Shown here: in pieces, positions 1 to 9,857 of the stretch
How positions within the stretch are numbered: position 1 is the stretch's first letter
Layout: each line of letters starts with the position of its first letter
DNA from: an uncultured Holophagales bacterium
GTDB lineage: Bacteria > Acidobacteriota > Thermoanaerobaculia > Multivoradales > UBA5704
Assembly: GCA_963842525.1 (NCBI GenBank)
Contig: CAWJGT010000008.1
Location: 1-64,000 of the forward strand
DNA length: 64,000 nucleotides
Direction of reading: 5' to 3'
Notes under the pieces: model-generated
What the model saw: only the letters and a program-made list of their open reading frames with translations
Database searches by the model: none
What the model was told of the DNA's origin: nothing
Program-made: the position numbers and the translations under genes

Positions 1-824
1 CGCCAATGCGTTGAGGGTCGGCAATGACATGCTGGGAGCCGAGGAGGCTTTCGCACGTGCCGGGGAGTTCTCGGAAGCCGGAGCTACGGCAGATCCAGGG
101 TTGTTGCCGGAGTGGCGCCTGCTGGACCTGAAGGCATCCCTGCGACGGGACCAGCGCCGATTTGCTGAAGCCCTGGACCTGCTTGATCGTGCTCGTACGG
201 CCAGCCCTCAAGAGACCGCGGGCCGCATCTTGCTGATCAAGGCTGTCACTCTGGAGCACATGGGGGAGTCCGAGGCCGCTATCGAGGCCCTGCAGGATGC
301 ATCCCCTCTGGTGAACGGTCAACTCGATCCGCGGCTGCGTTTCGCGCTCCGGTTCAACCTGGCTACGAACCTTTGCCTTCTGGGAAAAACCGAAGAGGCA
401 AGGCCCATGCTCGACGAGGTCCGGAAACTGGCGGTTGTCCTCCAAAAGGAGTTGGACCTCGTCCGGGTGGTCTGGCTACAGGGACGAGTGGCGGCTGGTA
501 TGGGCGAGCCGAAGGAGGCGGTTTCCTGCTTCGAGCAGGTACGGCGGGAGTTCCGGGCGCGGGAGATGGAACGACTTCGCGCTCGCCAGTCTGGAGCTGG
601 CTGTGCTCTACCGCGAGCAGGGTTGCCTTTGCGAAGTCAAGACATTGGCTGGGGACATGCTGTGGATCTTCCGCAGACAAGGTATTCACCGTGAGGCCTT
701 GGCCGCTCTCCGGCTCTTCTGTAACGCAGCCGAAAGGGAGACGGTCACGGTCGAGCTGGCCCGGCGGCTCTTCCAGTATCTGAATCGAGCCCGCCTCGAC
801 CCGGAGCTTCGATTCGAGCCCTGA
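1..824 (+). pseudogene. C-terminal half of an XRE-HTH/TPR-repeat regulator (5' end outside window), frameshifted near 570
   Basis: TPR-like helices in ORF 11..694 (AEEAFARA, ALDLLDRA, RFNLATNL) continue in another frame (ORF 435..824, DFALASLELAVLY...LRFEP). Frame change at gagatggaacgacttc, about 563-578. Could be a sequencing error. Confidence 0.65.
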
Positions 825-903
825 GGGCATGCTCCGGTCTTGCGAACGGGGCGGGTTCTCTTCCCTCGCCGCTTCGAAACCCGCCCCTGTGCGAGCCTGC
901 TCT

Positions 904-1179
904 CTACCGACGTCGTCCATCTTTTGGAATGGCTTCATCCGCCCTTTCGGCCGGAGCAACAGATTCCCCGGAGATCAAAATGCACAGGCCATTGGGGTCG
1001 ATCGAGCATCCGACCTCCGACCGCAACACGCCGGTGAGCCACTCCCAGAGTTGGGAGACGAGAGGTGTAGGCGCGGCGCGGCCAGGCTCGAAGCCGGGTA
1101 GTGCCGCGGCGCACAGCGGCATCGCGAGGAATAGACTCAGAATCAGGACGGCAAGTGAGCGGGAAGCGGGACGGTACAT
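904..1179 (-). CDS. Small secreted peptide precursor, 91 aa, with WEWL and EVGCSIDPNGLC motifs
   Basis: Strong RBS (AAGGAGG) upstream of the ATG; basic N-region, hydrophobic core and Ala-rich cleavage region form a signal peptide. Confidence 0.75.
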   Translation of the reverse strand: MYRPASRSLAVLILSLFLAMPLCAAALPGFEPGRAAPTPLVSQLWEWLTGVLRSEVGCSIDPNGLCILISGESVAPAERADEAIPKDGRRR

Positions 1180-1308
1180 GGGGACCCTCCTTACAAAGAG
1201 GTACCTTCCGGGCCACTATGGCCCGGTGGGCGCCTCTGAGAATAAGGTGCCGGAATTAGAAAAAAACCAACCGAACTGCATTCTGGATGTGTGCACGAGA
1301 GGGATGAT

Positions 1309-1917
1309 ATGGAAGATCCGGCCGATGTGGCACTGCTGGTCCGGTTTCTGCGCGGCCTCCGCGACTGGACGCAGACCGACCTCGCCGAGGCGGCCGGCCT
1401 GGACGCCAGCTCGATCTGCCGCTACGAGGGCGGCCAGACGATGCCCCGCCGGAAAACGCTGGAGCGGATCGCCGCTGCCGTGGACATCCCGATGTCGCTC
1501 GTGGATGCGTGCTTCCTCCCCGCGATGGGGGTAGCTCGCGCCGCGTCAGCCCTGGACGCGGATGCTTTCTTCGCAGACCTGGAGAAGCCGACAGCCGAGC
1601 TCGGCGATGCCGCGGCAGGGACCGTTCGCGCCGCTGCCGCCGCCTTCCTCGCGACGCTGGAGGCGTCGGATCAGGATTCTTCCCGCCATGCGGTGGATGC
1701 GTGGGAGCGGCTCGAGCCCTGCACCTCCGAAGAGGCGCAGTTCCTGATCGAGACCTGTCCCGAGTTCCAGACCTGGGCGCTCGCCGAACGGCTCTACCGG
1801 GAGAGCATCGCCCGGCCGGAACGGGCTCAGGAGCTGGCCGAGCTGGCGGTCCAGGTGGCCCGCCGGGCTCCTAATCCGCCTTCTTCCCCCGCTTCCGGCG
1901 AGGGCGTGGGCGGGTGA
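1309..1917 (+). CDS. XRE-family HTH regulator, apparently a C-terminally truncated XRE-TPR protein
   Basis: LRGLRDWTQTDLAEAAGLDASSICRYEGG is an HTH_3 motif; the ORF ends by running 47 bp into the 3' end of nfo on the opposite strand. Confidence 0.8.
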   Translation: MEDPADVALLVRFLRGLRDWTQTDLAEAAGLDASSICRYEGGQTMPRRKTLERIAAAVDIPMSLVDACFLPAMGVARAASALDADAFFADLEKPTAELGDAAAGTVRAAAAAFLATLEASDQDSSRHAVDAWERLEPCTSEEAQFLIETCPEFQTWALAERLYRESIARPERAQELAELAVQVARRAPNPPSSPASGEGVGG

Positions 1918-2767
1918 GGGCCCGCAGCGTCTCCAGGTCCCGGCGGTGCCCTTCCATCTCGTCCCCCGGCTCGGTTTCCAGGACCATCGGGATCGCCGCC
2001 AGACGTGGATCGTGGAGGAGCCTCGCGAAGGCGTCGAGACCCATCTCCCCTTCGCCGATGTGGGCGTGGCGGTCGCGGCGCGAGGCGAAGGGACGCACGG
2101 AATCGTTCAGGTGCAGGCAGCCGACGACCTCCAGGCCCAGGAGCTCCTGGACCGCGGCCCAGAAGTCCTCGTAACCGGCCGGCTCGTGGATGGCGTAGCC
2201 GGCGGCGAAGGTGTGGCAGGTGTCGAGACAGATGCCCACCCGCTGCGGCGCCGCCAGCCGGGCGCGGATCGCTGCCAGGTGCTCCAGCCGGTGCCCCAGG
2301 CAGGTCCCCTGGCCGGCGGTGTTCTCCAGGAGGACCCGGGTCGGGACCTCCGGCACCGCGGCGAGGATGCGGTCGAGCGACTCCGCGACCCGCGCGATGC
2401 CCGTCTCCTCGCCGGCCCCCAGGTGAGCGCCCGGATGGAGGACCAGGCCTTCGACGCCCACCCGGGCGCAGCGCTGGAGCTCGTCGGCCAGCGCCTCGCG
2501 CGATTTTTCCAGGATCTCCGGATCGGTGGCGGCCAGGTTGATCAGATAGCTCGCATGCGCGACGAGAGGGCCGACGCGGCTCTCCGCATGGGCGCAGCGG
2601 AAGCTCTCGCATTCAGGGTCCGCCAGCTCCTTGCCCCGCCACTGGTTGGCGTTCTTGACGAAGATCTGGATCGCCGTGCAGCCGAGCTCCTCGGCCCGCT
2701 CGATCGCGGTCGGCAGGCCGCCGGCCACCGAGACGTGCGCGCCGAGGGGAGGGAAGGTCGATGCCAT
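1871..2767 (-). CDS. nfo: Endonuclease IV (deoxyribonuclease IV)
   Basis: GAHVS, HASYLINL, LLENTAGQG, CLDTCH, HLNDS, DRHAHIGEG and LET motifs. Confidence 0.95.
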   Translation of the reverse strand: MASTFPPLGAHVSVAGGLPTAIERAEELGCTAIQIFVKNANQWRGKELADPECESFRCAHAESRVGPLVAHASYLINLAATDPEILEKSREALADELQRCARVGVEGLVLHPGAHLGAGEETGIARVAESLDRILAAVPEVPTRVLLENTAGQGTCLGHRLEHLAAIRARLAAPQRVGICLDTCHTFAAGYAIHEPAGYEDFWAAVQELLGLEVVGCLHLNDSVRPFASRRDRHAHIGEGEMGLDAFARLLHDPRLAAIPMVLETEPGDEMEGHRRDLETLRALTRPRPRRKRGKKAD

Positions 2768-2787
2768 AGGGTGCGGATTGTAGACCC

Positions 2788-4836
2788 TCACCCCTGGGGT
2801 GGTGGTGTACTGGATGCTGTACCCGATGACGTGGCAGGCATCGCGAACACCCCTTCTTCCACCTCAGGGTTCACGCGGATCCTCTCGACCCTCGTTACGG
2901 TGTGCCGGGCGCCGTACTCCTTCTCGATCCGGTGGGGGATGACCAGGCCGTCGACGGTTCGGAAGTCGGAGAACCAGGCCCTCTCCTGCATCTCCTGGGG
3001 AAGCTGGGCGTAGTCGAAGACCTTCGAGTCGACCGCGACCTCCAGGTAAGTCCGGGGATCGAGGTACCAGGTTTCCACCCAGCCGTTGGAGCGGGTGAGC
3101 TCGAGGCGGAGGGTCTCCTGACCGTTCACGTTTCCCCGGCCGGCCAGGACGACCTTGTGGCCCTTTTCCTGATAGCCGACGAGGGCCGGCTCGATCTCCG
3201 CATCGCGGGCGGTCATGACGACCACAGGAGGCTGCTCCATCTTTGCCGGGCTGTTGACCCCATAGTGGGGATAGAGCCACCAGGGCCCCCGGGCATCCTG
3301 AGCGAGGGTCATCTCCTTCCGTTGCATCCTGGAGTCGAACCGGTAGAGGTTCGGACGCTTGCGGCGAAGGGTGAACGGGGCTTCCTCGCTGAAGCTGGTG
3401 AACGTGCCCTCCATCTCGATGGACCGCAGAGCCCGCCAGCGTTCCCGGCTACCCCTGGCCGCTTCGTAGCGGGCCACGATCTCCTCGAGGGTGAGGGTGG
3501 GGGTTGCAGGGGAGGGGCTCGTGCCGGCTGTACCTCCTTTCGGGGCGGGGGCAGGCCGCGTTCCCCCCGTTCCAATCCCGGCAGACGCAGAAGCTGCCCT
3601 GGCGCCTGACACCCTGATCTCCAGGGCAACGATCTCGTCCTGGTCCCGCAGGTAGAGCCGGCCGTTGGCGAGGGTCGGTGCGGTCCACGCCTTGCCCTCC
3701 ATGGCCTGGAATCGTGCGAGCTCCGTGTAGGCGTCGGGAGTGGCCTCGACCAGGAGGAGGGTCCCCTGATCCGCAAGGACGATCAGCAGGTTCCCGTCCG
3801 CGGCCAGGAGCGAGCCCTTGCCCAGGCCCCGAAAAGCCCAGGTCTGCTCGCCCGTGGCGACCGAGAGGCACTTGAAGGTGGCGTTGTCGAAACCATAGAG
3901 GTGGGACCCCACGAGGACCGCATTGTTGAAGTGGTTCTTCATCGTGCGGGTCTTCCACAGCTCCTCGACCGCCTTGCCGCCTTCGGTCTTGATCCGCAGG
4001 AGGACCGCCCCGGCGTCGTCCCCACCCGAGACGTAGACCTTGTCCGGCGGGATGAAGAGGGCGCTGGCGATGACCGTGAACGGCCCCGGGTGGGTCCAGA
4101 GGACCGTGCCGTCGGACCGGAGCGCGACCGTTTGCGAGCCGGCCCGGCGGGTCACTACGTACTGTTTGATGCCACCGATCGTCATCAGGACCGGCGAGGA
4201 GTAGGCCGCATCGCCGTCCAGGGCCCCCCAGCGGACCTTCCCAGTGGCTTTCTCGAAGGCGACCACCCCCCGGCCCTCCTTCCCTCCGACCTCCAGGATG
4301 AGCAGGTCGCCGTCGATCAATGGGGAGCCCGAGTATCCCCAGGTGGGCCGCTTGGCGCCGAGCGCCTGGGGCAGATCCACCTCCCAGATCTTCGCCCCAT
4401 CGGCTGCCTTCAGGGCGAGAAGCCGGCCGTGGGAGCCCATGGCGTAGACCGTGCCGCCGTCCAGGGTAGGCGTCGTCCGCGGGCCGTTGCCCATGTTGTC
4501 GATCAGCTTGGGGCCGGCCGGAACGCGCCAGACCTCCTTGCCACTGCCCGCTTCCAGAGCCAGGACGTACTCGGCCGTGCCGTCCGAGTCCATGGTGTAG
4601 AGCCGGTCTCCGACGACGCTGATCCCGGAGTATCCTTCCCCGATCGCCCGCTTCCACACGACCTGCGGCCCCTTCGCCGGCCAGCTTCGAGGCAGGTCCG
4701 TCTCGGCCGAGACGCCGTCCCGGTTCACGCCCCGGAACTGCGGCCAGTCGAGGGCTGCAGCGGGTCCGGCAGCGAGGAGTGCCAGGGAGAGAGAAAGGGT
4801 GGGAAAGGGGAATCGAGCGATGGTCATGACGGGCAT
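2788..4836 (-). CDS. Secreted PQQ-like beta-propeller protein fused to a C-terminal LolA-like/outer-membrane sorting-type domain
   Basis: Signal peptide, DWPQFRG, repeated G..W propeller motifs, Pro/Gly linker, then a distinct domain ending FSDFRTVDGLVIPHRIE. Confidence 0.75.
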   Translation of the reverse strand: MPVMTIARFPFPTLSLSLALLAAGPAAALDWPQFRGVNRDGVSAETDLPRSWPAKGPQVVWKRAIGEGYSGISVVGDRLYTMDSDGTAEYVLALEAGSGKEVWRVPAGPKLIDNMGNGPRTTPTLDGGTVYAMGSHGRLLALKAADGAKIWEVDLPQALGAKRPTWGYSGSPLIDGDLLILEVGGKEGRGVVAFEKATGKVRWGALDGDAAYSSPVLMTIGGIKQYVVTRRAGSQTVALRSDGTVLWTHPGPFTVIASALFIPPDKVYVSGGDDAGAVLLRIKTEGGKAVEELWKTRTMKNHFNNAVLVGSHLYGFDNATFKCLSVATGEQTWAFRGLGKGSLLAADGNLLIVLADQGTLLLVEATPDAYTELARFQAMEGKAWTAPTLANGRLYLRDQDEIVALEIRVSGARAASASAGIGTGGTRPAPAPKGGTAGTSPSPATPTLTLEEIVARYEAARGSRERWRALRSIEMEGTFTSFSEEAPFTLRRKRPNLYRFDSRMQRKEMTLAQDARGPWWLYPHYGVNSPAKMEQPPVVVMTARDAEIEPALVGYQEKGHKVVLAGRGNVNGQETLRLELTRSNGWVETWYLDPRTYLEVAVDSKVFDYAQLPQEMQERAWFSDFRTVDGLVIPHRIEKEYGARHTVTRVERIRVNPEVEEGVFAMPATSSGTASSTPPPQG

Positions 4837-4954
4837 GGATGTGGCTCTTATACGGGCGCTGCCCGGCGAGGTTTTACTCTGTGGTCGCAGACATCGGACC
4901 TGCTGAGGGAGAGCCGGGTCAGCCCGGGGGTGAGGGTCTGCTAGACTGCGGACC

Positions 4955-5770
4955 ATGCTTGCGCGGCTCCTCCGGGGGCTGGCCTACGTGGCCTATGCCT
5001 TCGTGCTCGTCCTCGTCTTCGGGCTCGCGGCCTACACCTCCTTCAGCCTCTTCGTGCGCAGCGGCGTCACCACCGTGCCGGCTCTCAAGGGGCTGTCGCG
5101 GGAGGACGCGGCCAACCGGCTCGCCGACCAGGGGCTCGAGCTGCGGCGGGTGCAGGAGCCGGGGCGCTATGACGACACCGTGCCGGCGGGCCGCGTCGTC
5201 CAGCAGACGCCGGATCCGCGCACCCTGGTCAAGCGCGGCAGCGGCGTCAACCTGATCCTCTCGCTCGGACCCCAGCGGGTCGAGGTCCCCGATCTGTCCG
5301 GCAAGCCGCTGCCCGCGGCCCAGGCCGCCCTCTCCGGCAACGGCCTCGCCCTGGGGCGGATCCTCGGCGCGTTCGCCCGCGGCCAGGAGATGGGGGTGGT
5401 CCTCCAGCAGGACCCCGATCCGGGCGCCTCCGTCGCCCCCTCGACGCCGGTCGACATGCTGCTGGTCATGGCGGTGCCGCGCGACCGCTACATCATGCCC
5501 GACCTCATCTATCGCAATTACGACCAGGTGCGGCCGTTCTTCGAGCGCCGGGGCTTCCACTTCGGCAGCGTCCGGTTCGAGCGCTATGAAGGGGTCGCCG
5601 CCGGCACCATCCTCCGGCAGTACCCGTTGCCCGGCCATCCCGTGACGCGGGAGGAGGCCCTCTCGCTGGTGGTGGCCACGGCGGACAACATGCCGGACAC
5701 GGCTCCGTTCCCCGCACCCCCGCCGGCAGTCCCCCCGGCCGCCCCACCGGCTCCTGGGGGGACGCGTTGA
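4955..5770 (+). CDS. PASTA domain-containing membrane protein
   Basis: N-terminal TM helix followed by three VP.L.G / Q.P.PG PASTA-type repeats. Confidence 0.85.
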   Translation: MLARLLRGLAYVAYAFVLVLVFGLAAYTSFSLFVRSGVTTVPALKGLSREDAANRLADQGLELRRVQEPGRYDDTVPAGRVVQQTPDPRTLVKRGSGVNLILSLGPQRVEVPDLSGKPLPAAQAALSGNGLALGRILGAFARGQEMGVVLQQDPDPGASVAPSTPVDMLLVMAVPRDRYIMPDLIYRNYDQVRPFFERRGFHFGSVRFERYEGVAAGTILRQYPLPGHPVTREEALSLVVATADNMPDTAPFPAPPPAVPPAAPPAPGGTR

Positions 5771-6432
5771 TGCAGCTCGCGCCGTCCATCCTCGCCGCCG
5801 ACCTCGCCGATCTGGCCGGGGCGGTGCGGGTCTGCGAAGCCGGCGGGGCCGAGATGATCCACTACGATGTGATGGACGGGCACTTCGTCCCCAACCTGAC
5901 CTTCGGGATCCCGGTGCTCGCCGCGCTCCACCGGCGCACCCGCCTGCCGATCGACGTCCACCTGATGGTCTCCAACCCCGACCGCCTGCTGGACGAGTAC
6001 ATCGCGGCCGGGGCGGCGCGGGTGGCCGTGCACTGGGAGGCTGCGCCGCACCTCGACCGCCTGCTCGCCCGCATCCGCGAGAAGGGGGCGCTGGCCGGCG
6101 TGGCCGTCAATCCCGCGACGCCGGTGGAGCTGCTCGTCGATGCCCTGCCGCGGATGGACTACGTGCTCCTGATGTCGGTCAACCCCGGTTTTGCCGGCCA
6201 GGCGTTCCTGCCGCGCGCCCTGGACAAGGCGCGGCGGCTGCGCGAGCTGATCCGCGAAAGCGGGACGGCGGTCGAGATCGCCATGGACGGCGGCATCGAT
6301 CGCGGTAACATTGGCGATGTGGTGGCGGCCGGGGTGGAGGTCTGTATCGTGGGATCGGGAATCTTCGCCGCCGACGATCCTGTTGCGACCATGTCGAAGC
6401 TGCGCACTCTCGCCGGCTCGGAGAACCTATGA
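5767..6432 (+). CDS. rpe: Ribulose-phosphate 3-epimerase
   Basis: APSILAAD, HYDVMDGHFVPNLTFG, MSVNPGF and DGGI motifs. Confidence 0.96.
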   Translation: MMQLAPSILAADLADLAGAVRVCEAGGAEMIHYDVMDGHFVPNLTFGIPVLAALHRRTRLPIDVHLMVSNPDRLLDEYIAAGAARVAVHWEAAPHLDRLLARIREKGALAGVAVNPATPVELLVDALPRMDYVLLMSVNPGFAGQAFLPRALDKARRLRELIRESGTAVEIAMDGGIDRGNIGDVVAAGVEVCIVGSGIFAADDPVATMSKLRTLAGSENL

Positions 6433-7199
6433 GACGAATGTTTCCGCTGCTGGCATTGCTCCTCCTGGTGCTGACCGCCGCCTGCAAGAGCAGCGTGGAG
6501 TCGGACCCGATTCTCCGGCTCGCGGCCGAGGAGTCGCTGGCCGAGGGCAAGGAGCTGCTGGCGCGCGAGAAGTACGCCCGCGCCCGCCCCTACTTCACCC
6601 ACGCCTTCGAGGTCGAGCCCAACTCGGGCGTCGGCCGCGAAGGGCTCCTCCTCGCCGCCGACACCTACTATCTGGAGGGCGGCTCGGGCAACTTTGTCCA
6701 GGCCGAGGCCAAGTACCGCGACTTCCTGAACCGGTTCCCGACCAGCGGACAGGCGGCCTACGTGCAGTTCCAGATCGCCAACAGCCTGGCCAAACGGATG
6801 GAGAAGCCCGACCGCGACCAGACGGTCACCCGTAAGGCGATGGAGGCGTACGAGGAGCTGATCCGCCTCTATCCCACGAGCGAGTACGCCGCCCAGGCCC
6901 AGGAGCAGATCAAGCTCGTCAAGGCCAACCTGGCGGAGCACGAGTTCATGGTCGGACGCTTCTATCTGCGCTACGGCATCCCGGTCGCCGCCGCCGAGCG
7001 GTTCGATTACCTGCTCCAGGCCTATCCGGACTATCCCGACAAGGAGAAGGTCCTCTACCACCTGGGCATCGCCTACCAGCAGAGCCAGAAACCGGAAGAG
7101 GCCCAGAAGGCCTTCGACCGCCTCCGCACCGAATACCCGAACAGTCATTGGGTCGCCGAGATCCCCCAGACCAAGCCTTCGGGAGGAGCTGGACGATGA
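6429..7199 (+). CDS. bamD: Outer membrane protein assembly factor BamD (lipoprotein)
   Basis: Lipobox TAAC, TPRs, RDQT, YP.SEYA and LAEHEFMVGRFY. Confidence 0.9.
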   Translation: MRRMFPLLALLLLVLTAACKSSVESDPILRLAAEESLAEGKELLAREKYARARPYFTHAFEVEPNSGVGREGLLLAADTYYLEGGSGNFVQAEAKYRDFLNRFPTSGQAAYVQFQIANSLAKRMEKPDRDQTVTRKAMEAYEELIRLYPTSEYAAQAQEQIKLVKANLAEHEFMVGRFYLRYGIPVAAAERFDYLLQAYPDYPDKEKVLYHLGIAYQQSQKPEEAQKAFDRLRTEYPNSHWVAEIPQTKPSGGAGR

Positions 7200-8158
7200 A
7201 GCAAACCGTATCCCTCCTGCTCGCTCTGCCTCTGCTCGCCCTGGCGGCGGGCTGCTCCAGCATGCCGCTGCGGCAGGACACCTCGGCCCTGGAGGAGGAG
7301 GTCCGCCAGCTCCGGGCGCGGGTCGTCGAGCTGCAGCGACGGGCGGCCATGGACGACGTGGAGCTGACCCGGCTGCGCCAGCGCGTGGCGGAGCTGGAGA
7401 CCCGGCCGGGCGGCGCCCGGCCGGGATCCGCCGCCGCGGCCCCGTCGCGCCCGGTCCAGATGCGTCCGGCACCCACCCCCTCTACCACTACCGAGCCCCG
7501 CGTCGCCCAGGCGACGCCTCCCATCGGGACGCCGTCCCGGCCGGCCTCTCCTCCGCCGGCCAGCGCCGACCGCGGACAGACGACCGTGCCGCGCACGACC
7601 GCGCCGCCGCCGCGCTCGGCGCCGGCGGTGGACGCCTCCGGCGGGATGGAGGAGGTGGTGATCGAAGAGGCTGACATCGACGTGCCGGAGCCCGCTCCCC
7701 AGTCACCCCAGCAGCCGCGGCAGAGCGCGCCGCCGGTCCAGCCTCCGCCGGCCCAGACCGCGCCGGCGCCCGAGCCCGGCGACCTCACCGCCCAGGCGCT
7801 CTACGACCGCGGCTACACCCTCTACCACCAGGGCCGTTTCCTCGACGCCGAGAGCAGCTTCCAGCGCTTCCTCCAGACCAACGCCGAGAACGAGCTGGCC
7901 GACAACGCGCAGTACTGGATCGGCGAGTGCCGCTACTCCCGGAACGACATGCGCGGCGCCCTGGCCGCATTCCGCGAAGTGGTGGAGCGCTTCCCGCAGG
8001 GGAACAAGGTCCCGGACGCCCTCCTGAAGGCCGGCCAGTGCCTGGAGGCGACGGGCGACATCGAGGGCGCGCGCGTCACCTATCGCGAGGTGGCCCGCCG
8101 CTTCCCGGGCACCGCCGTCGCCGTCGCCGCCGAAGAGCGGCGCGCCAAGCTGCCCTGA
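7196..8158 (+). CDS. cpoB: Tol-Pal-associated CpoB/YbgF-like TPR lipoprotein
   Basis: Lipobox AAGC, coiled coil, LADNAQYWIGE and FPQGNKVPDALLK. Confidence 0.85.
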   Translation: MKQTVSLLLALPLLALAAGCSSMPLRQDTSALEEEVRQLRARVVELQRRAAMDDVELTRLRQRVAELETRPGGARPGSAAAAPSRPVQMRPAPTPSTTTEPRVAQATPPIGTPSRPASPPPASADRGQTTVPRTTAPPPRSAPAVDASGGMEEVVIEEADIDVPEPAPQSPQQPRQSAPPVQPPPAQTAPAPEPGDLTAQALYDRGYTLYHQGRFLDAESSFQRFLQTNAENELADNAQYWIGECRYSRNDMRGALAAFREVVERFPQGNKVPDALLKAGQCLEATGDIEGARVTYREVARRFPGTAVAVAAEERRAKLP

Positions 8159-8204
8159 GGCGCCTCAAACCTCAAGCTCCGCTTGAGACCGGGCGCGGCA
8201 AACC

Positions 8205-8233
8205 TTGACAGGTGAAGGCGAACGCTGTAGGTT
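8205..8233 (+). promoter_or_regulatory. Sigma70-type promoter of the LysM gene
   Basis: TTGACA, 17 bp, TAGGTT. Confidence 0.6.
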
Positions 8234-8287
8234 AAAGCATAGAGAAGTCACTATCTTTTTCTCCTCCATGGCGTTCAGGAGGCCCTC

Positions 8288-9472
8288 ATGAAAGTGCGGC
8301 TTTCAGGTCTCGTCCTTGCCCTCTTCCTCGTGCCGTCCATCCTGCTTGCAGCGGACCGGCCGCCGGAGGACCTCCATCTCGTAGGTGACCATTGGACGGC
8401 CTGGGATCCTCCCACGCCCCAGCCCGGCGCCCAGGTGCACATCATCCAGCGGGGGGACACCCTGTGGGATCTTGCCGCCCGTTTCTACGGCAATGCGTAC
8501 CTCTGGCCCCAGCTCTGGGAGAGGAACCAGTACGTGCTGGACGCCCACTGGATCTACCCCGGCGACCCGCTGGTGTTGGGTCCCGAGGTGGCGCCGGTCG
8601 ACCAGCTCACCGACGGCGGGCCGGGTACGGGCACCGGCATGCCCGGCGAGGAGGCGGCGCCCAGCGAGCCGATCGAAGGGGTCCAGACCGCGATCGAGGC
8701 GGCCGGCGAGCCGATTCCCTGGGGCGCCGAGAGCGACATCTACTGCACGGGCTACATCGGTGACATGGACGAGACGTTCCCTTACACCGTCCTCGGCTCC
8801 GAGTACGAGCAACTCGGACCGGAACCCTCGATCGTCTTCAACCGGCAGGGCCTGGTGGGAAGCTATCGCCGGATGAAAACCGACCGCTACAACCTGACCG
8901 TGGGCGACATCATCTATCTGGATGGCGGGCGTGCCCGCGGCATGTCGGCGGCCCAGGTCTTCACGGCGATCCAGCCGGGAGAGCCGGTCCGCCACCCCCT
9001 GACCCGCCAGGTCGTGGGGCGCTACTACCACTACACGGGACGGGTGCGGGTCCTCTCCGTGCAGCAGGACACCGCCATCGCCGAGATCATCCAGGCCTGC
9101 GATCCGATCCTGGTGGGGGAGCAGCTTCGACCGTTCGAGCCGGAGCCGGTGCCCCTGGGGCGGCCCACGGCGATACGGCCGCTCAACTACCCGGCCCCGG
9201 CCGAGAAGCTCCAGGCCGCGCCGGTCATCGTGTTCTCGCAGGACAACCTGATCTCGCTGGGCGAGGACCACGTGGTCCACATCGAAGGCGGAGAGGACCA
9301 GGGCGTGACGCCGGGCGACGTCTTCACCATCTACCGCATGAACCGCACCGGTTTCCCGCCGGTCATCCTGGGCGAGGTCGCCGTCCTGTCCGTCCACCGG
9401 CGGACGTCTCTCGCCAAGATCATCGAGTCGCGCTACCCCATCTTCGTCGGAGACCGGCTCGAGCCCAAGTGA
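8288..9472 (+). CDS. LysM peptidoglycan-binding domain protein
   Basis: Signal peptide; HIIQRGDTLWDLAARFYGN..LWPQLWERN..IYPG. Confidence 0.9.
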   Translation: MKVRLSGLVLALFLVPSILLAADRPPEDLHLVGDHWTAWDPPTPQPGAQVHIIQRGDTLWDLAARFYGNAYLWPQLWERNQYVLDAHWIYPGDPLVLGPEVAPVDQLTDGGPGTGTGMPGEEAAPSEPIEGVQTAIEAAGEPIPWGAESDIYCTGYIGDMDETFPYTVLGSEYEQLGPEPSIVFNRQGLVGSYRRMKTDRYNLTVGDIIYLDGGRARGMSAAQVFTAIQPGEPVRHPLTRQVVGRYYHYTGRVRVLSVQQDTAIAEIIQACDPILVGEQLRPFEPEPVPLGRPTAIRPLNYPAPAEKLQAAPVIVFSQDNLISLGEDHVVHIEGGEDQGVTPGDVFTIYRMNRTGFPPVILGEVAVLSVHRRTSLAKIIESRYPIFVGDRLEPK

Positions 9473-9581
9473 CGCGGACCCCCGGACCGGCCTGGTTTGC
9501 CCCGGGCGAGCGCGGGGTAAAATCGGGCCGCGTGTGGTATCCTGGAGTTTTCCTGGCTCGCTCTACCCGAGGGAATTCTCT

Positions 9582-9857
9582 TTGGCCGATCAGAACCTCA
9601 ACGGACGCCTGTATCAGATCGTCGACGAGCTCGTGAGGCGGGGCGTTACCCTGGAGCAGGCAAGGCGGGAGTTCGAGAAGCAGTTCATCGTGGCATCCCT
9701 CAAGTCGAACCGTGGTAATTTCTGCCGCTCCGCACGCTCGTTGGGAGTGCACCGCAACACCCTTCGCAACAAGGTCTCCGACCTCGGAATCCTGGTCGAG
9801 GACTACGATCGGCCCGGCCGCAGGCTGACGCGCCGGAAGCCCACCTCCGAGACCTGA
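9582..9857 (+). CDS. Fis-family HTH protein
   Basis: EKQFIVASLKSNRGNFCRSARSLGVHRNTLRNKV (HTH_8); TTG start inferred. Confidence 0.85.
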   Translation: MADQNLNGRLYQIVDELVRRGVTLEQARREFEKQFIVASLKSNRGNFCRSARSLGVHRNTLRNKVSDLGILVEDYDRPGRRLTRRKPTSET

